This document shows, piece by piece, positions 40,792-50,257 of a stretch of 64,000 bases of DNA; the first letter of the stretch is position 1; each line of letters starts with the position of its first letter. The translations under genes and the position numbers were made by a program. The notes below the pieces were generated by a model. That model was not told where the DNA came from, did not search any database, and saw only the letters and a program-made list of their open reading frames with translations. The DNA is taken from positions 18,538,001 to 18,602,000 of the forward strand of contig JBITNC010000001.1 of NCBI GenBank assembly GCA_050084985.1, read 5' to 3'. Source of the stretch: Nageia nagi (taxonomy: Eukaryota > Plantae > Pinophyta).

Positions 40792-41778
40792 TGTTGGAAT
40801 TAACCTAGATCTAATTCCTAAGGTCCAAGACTATAGAAAGCTCAATCACATTCAATATGTAACATCTACAAGCTACTAACTCATCACACAATATAACACC
40901 ATGTAATGTGGTTCCTCCCTCCTTGGGAGTACATCCACAACTAGCTCTCTTATTCTCAACTATGCCTCTTACAACTATTCTCTTGCTCTCTCCTACACAA
41001 CCAAGTAGAGTAATCTTACTCAAAACTTAGATATGTTACAATAGGAGAGGCCCTCTATTTATAGCTTGAGAGCACCTCCCTAACCTCCCTTTAACCCAAG
41101 GGTAAGGTTAGGGTTACAATAAATGTGTGACCTAACTTTCACCTACCAACTAACCCCATGGTTAGGTCAAAGTCCACACATAATAAAGAATTCAATTAAT
41201 CCCTTAAGGTATCTACATATCCTTTAAGTGATTAATTGAATTTACAAGGAGTTTAGGAATTCACAATATTTCATTACAAATTCTAACACTCCCCCTTAAT
41301 GTAATATTTGGATAGAGCGTAGAAGAGAGAAGAGAGAGAGAGTAAGAGAGAGTTCTCCTCCATAGAGATACAAGTGGAGATGAGAACATTTACATATTTG
41401 AGAATCTTTTTGAGAACTAGTATGAGACTCACTACATTACCATTTGACAAAAAATGGTTTACAATACAATCATTAACCACAACTGGTTTCACTGTACATA
41501 GTAGTCGATCAACTTTAAGCTGACATGTGAGTCTCCATGAGCTTGCTTTCACAAGGTGAGTAACCTGCATTTCTAAAGGAGATCCTGCATGCTACAAGCA
41601 ACTCATGAACAAAATTAGTTAGATGCATCATATATTCAAATAAGAGAATCAAATAATGCCATCTTATAAATAACTGATCAATGGTGCACTATGAGTCATC
41701 ACGGAGATGCCAAGCCATCACTCATAGTCACTTGTTGTTATATAGACATGTGTTGATTATTAATAGAGCATAAAAAAT

Positions 41779-42430
41779 TGTACAACGAGTTTCTCACGCA
41801 GAGCAAACTCACCACGGAGGTATAGAATGTACAACAAGTTCCTCATGCAGAGCCATAGTCACTTGTTGTTATATAGACATGTGTTGATTATTAATAGAGC
41901 ATAAAAAATTGTACAACGAGTTTCTCACGCAGAGCAAACTCACCACGGAGGTATAGAATGTACAACAAGTTCCTCATGCAGAGCGAACTTACCACTGAGG
42001 TATATTAATTATATGCTCAAAAATTGTACAACGAGTTTCTCACGCAGAGCAAACTCACCACGGAGGTATAGAATGTACAACAAGTTTGTCACGCAGAGCA
42101 AACTTACCACGGAGGTGTAAAATAGAGCAAAAAATTGTACAACGAGTTTCTCACGCAGAGCAAACTCACCACGGAGGTCTGGAATGTACAACAAGTTCCT
42201 CACATAGAGCGAACTAACCACAGAGGTATATAAATTATATGCTCAAAAATTGTACAACAAGTTTGTCACGCAGAGCAAACTTACCACGGAGGTGTAAAAT
42301 GTACAACAAGTTTGTCACGCAGAGCAAACTTACCACGGAGGTGTAAAATAATCAACACTATATAACAATAGTTGTACAACGAGTTTCTCACGCAGAGCAA
42401 ACTCACCACGGAGGTCTGGAATGTACAACA
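41779..42430 (-). repeat. 3'-UTR tandem array of 11 structured ~49-bp units
   Basis: TGTACAAC-anchored units start at 41779, 41828 (truncated), 41910, 41959, 42025, 42074, 42136, 42185, 42251, 42300 and 42373, with a partial at 42422. Includes a 131-bp exact duplication (41723-41853 / 41854-41984). Confidence 0.95.
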
Positions 42431-42474
42431 AAAAGAAGCCTCTTAGAGGTGAAGTTGTCATCACTAACAAAAGT

Positions 42475-45400
42475 TCAAGCTTCACTCCCCCTTGAGGGCA
42501 ACTTCACCAACCCGAGAGAATCCCTAAGCTTGCTGAACTGAGCTTCAGGAAGGGGCTTGGTGAACAAATCAGCGGAGTTTTCAGTAGATGGACAATACTG
42601 CAAGTGTATGATGTCATCTAGAACCTTCTCCCTGATAAAATGGGCTTGGATTTCCACATGCTTGGTTCTCTGATGAAACACAGGATTCTTAGCCAAGGAG
42701 ATAGCCGATTGATTGTCTGAAGAAATAAGAGATGGGTCATTTTGCTTATACCCAATTTCATTCAGAAGATGCCTTAGCCAAATAGCTTCTTGAGCGGCAA
42801 CAGACATGGCTCGATATTCAGCTTCGGTGGTAGAAAGAGTCACTGTAGGTTGCTTCTTGGAGGCCCAAGAGATAGCACCTGAACCAATGCTGAACACATA
42901 TGCAGAGGTTGACTTTCTATCATCTCTATCTCCCCCATAATCAGAATCGGAGAACCCTGAGAGAACAATCGAGGGCACTTTGGAATATTTAAGAGCAAGA
43001 TCCTTAGTCCCTGCCACATACCTCAAGATTTGCTTAACAGCGTTGAGGTGCTCAACATATGGTTTTTGCATGAATCGTGCCATCAGATTCACTGCAAAGG
43101 CAATATCAGGCCGAGAGATAGTCAAATACAGAAGACTACCGATCAATTGTCTATAGGCTGTAGCATCAGCCAACTGAGAATCTGAGCTCAGTGATACAAT
43201 GATTCCAGGAGAAACAGGTATTGCAGCATATCGACACTCCTCCATTCCAAACTTTTGCAAGATGTCTGATATATACTTAGATTGACTAAGATAAGTACAA
43301 TCTTTATATTGGTATACTTGCATCCCAAGATAGTAATGCAATAGACCTAAATCAGTCATTTCAAATGTTGCCTTGAGTTTGGATATGCACGCTTGGATGA
43401 TTGCAATATTATTGCCAGTTATAAGAAGATCATCCACATAAAGGAGAATTAAGACCACGTCTTTTCCCTGATTGAGTACATAGAGATCTGAGTCTGAGAA
43501 GCACTTGGAAAAACCAATATCTGCAAAGAATCCTGAAATTTGCTTGTACCATGCTCTAGGTGCTTGCTTAAGTCCATACAAAGACTTCGTGAGTTTGCAC
43601 ACAAGAGACTCTTTTCCTTCTGGACTAAACCCTTCTGGTTGATTCATGTAGAGTTCAACATCCAAGTCACCATTGAGAAAGGCACTCTTGACATCAAGTT
43701 GAAAAACTTTCCAACCTTGAGCTGCAGAAAGAGCAAGGATGATCCTAACAGTAGGCATCTTGGCCACAGGAGCAAAGGTTTCCTCATAATCAATGCCATA
43801 TTGCTGAGCGAATCCTTTGGCCACTAACCTTGCTTTGTATTTCTCAATTTCTCCATTAGAATTGTACTTAACCTTGTATATCCATTTATTTCCAATCACA
43901 TTTTTCGCATTGGGATAAGGAACCAAATCCCAAGTTTCATTTTTCATGAGCGCCTCATACTCAACTTTCATAGCATCCATCCAGCACTCTTGCTTAGAAG
44001 CTTCTTTGAAAGTTGATGGCTCATTCATATTATCAATTTTGGCAAATAAGGATTTGTTCAAGGTCATACTTCTTGTAATTCTCTGAGCTGGAGAATTTTG
44101 CTCTTGTGGTGACTTCTCTACATTATCATCCAACCAGTTAGGAGCAGGTGAAGAATCATCTGAAACAGATACCTCATCATGAGAAGGCGAATCCTCAGGA
44201 AGTTCATTGAACTTGACATCCCTAGAAACAAAGACTGTTTTATGGGTTGAGGAGTAGAGCCTGTAACCTCTATGCTGATTATCATACCCCACAAAGATGC
44301 ATTTTTCTGATCTGTGATCCAACTTCTTCCTTTTCTCTGAAGTAATGAAGGCAAATGCATCACACCCAAAGACCCTGAAGTGTGAGATATTAGGTTTCTT
44401 TCCTGTCCATGCTTCATATGGAGTTTTACCTTCAACTGCTTTAGTAGGACACCGATTTAGGGTGTGAATAGCAGTGTGAACAGCTTCACCCCATAAGAAA
44501 CTAGGAAGGTTACCCAACATGCACCTTGCCATTTCCATAATGGTGCGATTCTTTCTTTCAGCAACTCCATTTTGCTGAGGGGTGTAAGGGATAGTGAATT
44601 GTCGCTTGATCCCATGTTTAACACAATAGTCGTTAAACTCATTGCTATTATATTCACCCCCATTATCAGATCTTAGCATCTTGATCTTGAAATCAGTTTG
44701 ATTTTCAACAAGTGCCTTGAAATCTTTGAACCTGTCAAAAGTTTGATCCTTGTGCTCAAGTAGATAACCAAATGTCATCCTACTGAAATCATCAATGAAG
44801 GTCAGAACATAAGAAGCTCCCCCTAGGGACTTAGTCTGGAACGGACCCATCAAATCTGAATGCACAAGCTGAAGAGGACGAGAAGCTCGAGTTGCTTTAT
44901 CTTTGTCAAACTTTTGCCTATTCATCTTTCCAAGAATGCACCTTTCACAAAGACCAATTGTGGGTGTAATATTAGGTAAACCTTCCACAAGTTCATGATT
45001 TTTCATATCTTGAATACTCTTGTGGTTAAGGTGCCCTAATCGATGATGCCAAAGATTGCCCTTTGAACAGACATTTGCAGCAAGACATATCTTTGTAGGA
45101 ACTTGATCCACGATATAAAGGTCATCTTTTATGGATCCTTTCATGAAAGTGGCAAGTCCTTTCTTAATGCACCAGGAGTGTGAGGTAAACTCAAATGAGT
45201 ATCCTTTCCTTGTAATCTGAATTACTGAGATAAGATTCATCCTTAGTTTAGGTACATAGAAGACATTATCTAGAACCTTTCCATGAATCTTCACACTCCC
45301 TATTCCTTGAATATCAAGCACTGTATTATCACCAATCACAACTGCGTCCTTTTGGTACTTATGAAAGTTTTCAAACTTATCCTTTTCATAACACATGTGA

Positions 45401-46395
45401 TTAGTGCATCCTGAATCAACAATCCAATCATCTGAAATAGTTTGAGTCGTAGAGTAGAAGGCAACAGAAGCAGCATGCTTGTTCTTCTTTGTATTATTGA
45501 AATGTTTCACATTTGCATGTCCCTTGCCTTTTTGAGCATATTTCTTTTTGCGACAATCATACTCTTTGTGACCAAAGATGCCACAAAAGTTACAATTTCC
45601 ATCAAACTTTTCTGTAGGTGTTGGATTGCTTGATCCAGCTTTATCATTCCTGTGCCTGTAGTTGCCATGATTGTTGTTGTTGTTGCCCTTTTTCTCATAC
45701 TTTCTGAAGGAGGATGAGGATTTGTTATCTTTGTAATGTTTGAACTTCTTCTTGAAAGGAGTTTTAGTTGCTCCTAGAGCAATATGATTGTCCTTTTGAG
45801 AAGGGTTCAACATTTTCTTATTCAACGTTTCCTCATGCTTCAGAAGGAGTCTAGAGAGGTTGTCAAGTGAGATGACATCTTCTTCATCATCGAGCCTTGT
45901 TTCCATAACTGTGACAAAGTTGCTGAACTTTGAAGTAAGGCTTTGTAGAATGATGAAGACCATGAACTCATCATTGATCCAGTTGCATCCACAACCAACC
46001 AGTTGTGTCCTGAGGTCAATGATTTTGTTTAAGTAGATGGAGGCACTTTCATCTTCACTTTGTCGATACTGCAACAACTTTTGTAGAATGGTAAACCTCC
46101 TTGAAAATTTGGACCCAAGGTAGATTTTCTTTAACCGATCCCAAGCTTCCTTTGCTGAAGTTGATGAAGAAATCATGAGAAGGACATCATCTGAAACTGC
46201 ACGGTATATCATAGAAGTTGCTAACTCATTCTTTGAGTTGTATACTTCAAGAGCCTTCTCATCGGTAGGAGCAACCGCATCTTCACTAACTGTCTGCCAC
46301 AGTTTTCTTGCTTGTAACTCTGCTTTCATACGTGGTTCCCATATTCCAAAGTTGGAACCATCGAGTATGTGCTTGGGAACGAAGGTTTCAACCAT
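42475..46395 (-). CDS. Copia Gag-Pol polyprotein, 1306 aa
   Basis: The first true ATG is at 46395 (MVETFVPK). Gag, CCHC knuckle CNFCGIFGHKEYDC, protease WIVDSG, integrase LRSDNGGEY/QQNGVAER, RT LYVDDLL, RNase H FSDSDY...ADLFTKPL. Confidence 0.96.
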   Translation of the reverse strand: MVETFVPKHILDGSNFGIWEPRMKAELQARKLWQTVSEDAVAPTDEKALEVYNSKNELATSMIYRAVSDDVLLMISSSTSAKEAWDRLKKIYLGSKFSRRFTILQKLLQYRQSEDESASIYLNKIIDLRTQLVGCGCNWINDEFMVFIILQSLTSKFSNFVTVMETRLDDEEDVISLDNLSRLLLKHEETLNKKMLNPSQKDNHIALGATKTPFKKKFKHYKDNKSSSSFRKYEKKGNNNNNHGNYRHRNDKAGSSNPTPTEKFDGNCNFCGIFGHKEYDCRKKKYAQKGKGHANVKHFNNTKKNKHAASVAFYSTTQTISDDWIVDSGCTNHMCYEKDKFENFHKYQKDAVVIGDNTVLDIQGIGSVKIHGKVLDNVFYVPKLRMNLISVIQITRKGYSFEFTSHSWCIKKGLATFMKGSIKDDLYIVDQVPTKICLAANVCSKGNLWHHRLGHLNHKSIQDMKNHELVEGLPNITPTIGLCERCILGKMNRQKFDKDKATRASRPLQLVHSDLMGPFQTKSLGGASYVLTFIDDFSRMTFGYLLEHKDQTFDRFKDFKALVENQTDFKIKMLRSDNGGEYNSNEFNDYCVKHGIKRQFTIPYTPQQNGVAERKNRTIMEMARCMLGNLPSFLWGEAVHTAIHTLNRCPTKAVEGKTPYEAWTGKKPNISHFRVFGCDAFAFITSEKRKKLDHRSEKCIFVGYDNQHRGYRLYSSTHKTVFVSRDVKFNELPEDSPSHDEVSVSDDSSPAPNWLDDNVEKSPQEQNSPAQRITRSMTLNKSLFAKIDNMNEPSTFKEASKQECWMDAMKVEYEALMKNETWDLVPYPNAKNVIGNKWIYKVKYNSNGEIEKYKARLVAKGFAQQYGIDYEETFAPVAKMPTVRIILALSAAQGWKVFQLDVKSAFLNGDLDVELYMNQPEGFSPEGKESLVCKLTKSLYGLKQAPRAWYKQISGFFADIGFSKCFSDSDLYVLNQGKDVVLILLYVDDLLITGNNIAIIQACISKLKATFEMTDLGLLHYYLGMQVYQYKDCTYLSQSKYISDILQKFGMEECRYAAIPVSPGIIVSLSSDSQLADATAYRQLIGSLLYLTISRPDIAFAVNLMARFMQKPYVEHLNAVKQILRYVAGTKDLALKYSKVPSIVLSGFSDSDYGGDRDDRKSTSAYVFSIGSGAISWASKKQPTVTLSTTEAEYRAMSVAAQEAIWLRHLLNEIGYKQNDPSLISSDNQSAISLAKNPVFHQRTKHVEIQAHFIREKVLDDIIHLQYCPSTENSADLFTKPLPEAQFSKLRDSLGLVKLPSRGSEA

Positions 46396-49389
46396 TGCTA
46401 CAAAAAACAAATAAATATGCAATAAGAATGCAAACTTTTACAATTTTTCCATCTATACATATAAAACAACTAATAAGCAAACATGTCCCACATGTGTAAA
46501 CTCATTAACCACGATCCATAGAAGGATAAAGTTGGGGTTGTTTTCTTGTATAGAATTAGGCCTTCACCTGGATGCCCACACAAGAGGAGCCCAAGTACTA
46601 CCAGTCCTCAACCAGTTCACCTTGGTCAGTGATATACTCTCACAAGGAGAAGTACTTACTATTTTCCAAGGATCCGACGTATCTTGGACCGGCCATTTTA
46701 ATTATCTTGATTAAGGGTTTCAGTTTTCCTCCTAGGTTATCAGGATAATCCCTGAATGGACGTGCGGACATGTGGTATCACTACACACATGCCTGTCCAC
46801 CTAATAGAGTTATGTCCAATCCAACAGAGGTCTTAGGGGCAATTAAGACGGACTTACCACCACTCGGTTCTTCGGACTAAAAGGGCTCCAGTCTGCCCTG
46901 TCCTCACCTCATGGCTCCCCAAACAAGTCATGTTGTGGAAAATACGTGCGGATGTATTCATTTTAGGGGTTACTTTTCACATTTTTGCGTATTGCAAGTA
47001 TAAGCAAAGGTGCAAAAAATATAAAGTAAGGTGAAAAAATTACTCCATCCACACGAACTTGAAACCTTAAAAAGGCCAAAAAAAATTGAGTCCAATGGGT
47101 TTTGTTCTAACCCCTAAAGGACTTTTACATTGTTCATATTTTGCTCAAAGCACTTAATGAATTAAACATAAGAACTAAGTCCTACTTAGTATTTAATTCA
47201 TAACATGCATTGTATCATGACTTAAAAATTTAAGTAAGCATGCATCATGCATTAAAATTTAAGTCCTAAGCATACTTATGCATTCTTAACATTTAAGCAT
47301 ACTTATAACATGCATTCTATCATGACTTAAAAATTTACGTAAGCATGCATCATGCATTAGAAATTTAAGTCCTAAGCATGTTTTAGTCTTCAAATAAGAT
47401 ACATGCATCTAGATAAAATTTAAGTAAAAAATTTATACCAAGGCCCCCCCCTTTGTTACTTAAAGTTTTATCCTTAGAGAACCAATTTGTATGCTAAGAC
47501 TTGGCTTAGAAGGGATGCATTTTAAAAAAAATTCCCCCTTTTTTTTTTTTTTTGTACTTAAAAAAATAGCATACTTTAGACTAAAGTACTATGCATGTGC
47601 ACCTTTTAATTAAGCATTAAATTTGGAGGAGAAAATAAGATTTTATTTTAAGTACTCCTAAGTGCATGTAAGGGAGTAGGGATTTTTAGAGAACTTGAAA
47701 GGTGGAATAGGAGACCCATACCCCTAGTTTAAATGATTTTTAATGCTTTGTCCTAAGTCAATAATCCTTAAATGCTTAGTAGGTGAAAAAGATGACCCCC
47801 CCTTGTTTTTCACAAAAAAGACACGTTGCTTTTTAGAAGTGTAGGTGGTCAAAAAACCAAACTAAGGTATTTAAGAGGACTTGGAAGACTTGGAAGGAGG
47901 TGGACAGCCATCAACCTTGACTGTGTGAAGGAGGAGGACTTTCATGGAGGCTAAGAAGAGGACTGGATGGTGAGAGAAGAAGAAGGAAGCGTTGTGGCTC
48001 TGCAAGCTGGCGAGGGAGAGGAAGAGCTCAGTCGAGGGAGGAGGAAGACGCGGATCGGGTCAACTGAGCGGTTTGGGGCATGTCTTGCGTGCATATCCTG
48101 TGATCAGGCCAAGCGACGTTGTCTGCATCGTGGTCAAACAAATCACGTGGAACCTTCAACATCTCCGTTTTGTGGATATCCAGCGATCAGTGCAGTTGAT
48201 GAACCAGTGTCTGCATCATGCAAGCGAGAGGAGGAGAAGCATAGCCGACGTGAGGAGTATATCACTGGATGCAGGCCGCGAAGACCAGAGAGGAAGGAGG
48301 GAGCCATGTGAGGAGTTGGTGGGAGGAGCGCAGGCCGCGAAGACCAGCGAGGAAGGAGGGAGCCAGCGACGTCAGATGCTCATCGTATCCGGGTGGTGCC
48401 AATCCTACGATCAGGCCAAGTCTCGCACGTACGGGAGGAGGCGAGGAGAAGGCGGAGAGCTAGGAAGAGAGCTACGCGTGGGAAGGCCAACAGTGGTCTG
48501 CAGAAGGCATTCTGTCAAACAATTTCATTTTGTAACATATCCTGCGACCATGGCTGTCCAGGAAACTGTGACTGCATCAGGCATGTGGACAAACAACTCG
48601 TGTGCCTGCTCTTTCCATTGCAAAGTAGCCGTTTGGTGCATATCAAACAATTCGCGAGGGAGAGGTGATGGTACATGAAATTGATCGCAGTATAAGCACA
48701 TTAATGTTGGTAAAACATTTCAGTTGTCTCCACATTATACACAGCAAAAAAAAATGCAGTTTTACAATTCGTAGACTCTTTCCACATATCTATTTTTTTT
48801 TTGCATCTCCTGTAATCATTTCAGTTCATGAAACTTGTTGGCACCATGCATCACGTCGAAAGAAGGCTTCTCAGCATATCCTGCAAACTTTGCATCTTGA
48901 CATGGCATTTCGAAATTTTAATTTTATTTGTCAACTGTATTATTTTGTCCCCCCAAAAAATTTTGAAAAATATATTAAAAAAAAAAACTTGTAAATAAAG
49001 TCCTCCACTTTACAATAACATATGTAAAAAATTTCACCTTCCTCCCTTTTTTTTTATGATATTTTTCACAAAAGACTATTTGAAAAATATTTTCAATAAG
49101 ATACTATCATAATATATTTTTGCTCACAAACAAAAAAAATTCATTTTCTTTGTACATTAAAATATATTACTAACATAAAATATTGTTAGTAAGAAGAGAG
49201 TAGCAAAAAATATATTATGGTATTTGAAGTTACTTTTGCTAAAACATTGAGTTAGCATAATCATACAAAATATAGTATCATAATGAACTTAGTTAAAGAA
49301 GGATAGAAGGTTATACCTTTGCAAACCTTTTACCTCACAATGAAGAATAGGATTAAGATCTCCAAATTTGACAAACTCCAAAATGTAGA

Positions 49390-49472
49390 AGAAGAGCTTC
49401 CACACCAAGGAGAAGAGCTTCCACACCAAGGAGAAGAGCTTCCACACCAAGGAGAAGAGCTTCCACACCAAG
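49390..49472. repeat. 21-bp tandem repeat x4 abutting the PBS
   Basis: agaagagcttccacaccaagg at 49390, 49411, 49432 and 49453. Confidence 0.95.
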
Positions 49473-49483
49473 CTCTGATACCA
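49472..49483 (-). promoter_or_regulatory. Primer-binding site (tRNA-iMet)
   Basis: TGGTATCAGAGC, 2 nt inside the 5' LTR end. Confidence 0.95.
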
Positions 49484-50157
49484 CTTGTTGGAATTAACCT
49501 AGATCTAATTCCTAAGGTCCAAGACTATAGAAAGCTCAATCACATTCAATATGTAACATCTACAAGCTACTAACTCATCACACAATATAACACCATGTAA
49601 TGTGGTTCCTCCCTCCTTGGGAGTACATCCACAACTAGCTCTCTTATTCTCAACTATGCCTCTTACAACTATTCTCTTGCTCTCTCCTACACAACCAAGT
49701 AGAGTAATCTTACTCAAAACTTAGATATGTTACAATAGGAGAGGCCCTCTATTTATAGCTTGAGAGCACCTCCCTAACCTCCCTTTAACCCAAGGGTAAG
49801 GTTAGGGTTACAATAAATGTGTGACCTAACTTTCACCTACCAACTAACCCCATGGTTAGGTCAAAGTCCACACATAATAAAGAATTCAATTAATCCCTTA
49901 AGGTATCTACATATCCTTTAAGTGATTAATTGAATTTACAAGGAGTTTAGGAATTCACAATATTTCATTACAAATTCTAACATTTGAACACCTAGATTTG
50001 TGATAAAATTTTGAACAAACTCTACATTGATAAATATATAATGCATTAAGCATAATTTTTTCTCTCCTTTATTCTATTCGTAGAGCATGCAAAGGGATAT
50101 ATAATTGAATTTAATCCTATATTATGATTTCATTATAATTATGATTATTTTTAAGAC

Positions 50158-50257
50158 NNNNNNNNNNNNNNNNNNNNNNNNNNNNNNNNNNNNNNNNNNN
50201 NNNNNNNNNNNNNNNNNNNNNNNNNNNNNNNNNNNNNNNNNNNNNNNNNNNNNNNNN
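50158..50257. other. Assembly gap (100 N)
   Basis: Exactly 100 Ns. The true distance and adjacency across the gap are unknown. Confidence 1.

Larger units (their letters stand above)
40792..49982 (-). mobile_element. Intact, very recent Ty1/Copia LTR retrotransposon (9191 bp)
   Basis: LTRs at 40792-41288 and 49486-49982, both 497 bp with no difference found by eye. Perfect TSD TTTGA, PBS TGGTATCAGAGC at 49472-49483, PPT ATTAAGGGGGAG at 41289-41300, uninterrupted gag-pol. Confidence 0.97.

Noticed and set aside
41779-42430. CRISPR-like array (palindromic repeats with spacers)
   Set aside because: The linkers are short, AT-rich and themselves repeated, not unique. There are no cas genes and the context is a eukaryotic retrotransposon 3' UTR.
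41779-42430. Hammerhead ribozyme or retrozyme repeats
   Set aside because: The CUGANGA core is absent on both strands and GAAAC is not conserved among unit types. A non-canonical ribozyme cannot be excluded without a cleavage assay.
46396-46422. N-terminal extension MHIYLFFVA of the 1315-aa ORF
   Set aside because: It starts at TTG and is a translated polypyrimidine/acceptor tract. The first ATG is at 46395.
49289-49573. Repetitive peptides (LVWKLFS)n and (GEELPHQ)n
   Set aside because: They are translations of the 21-bp DNA repeat next to the PBS, with no sign of coding function.
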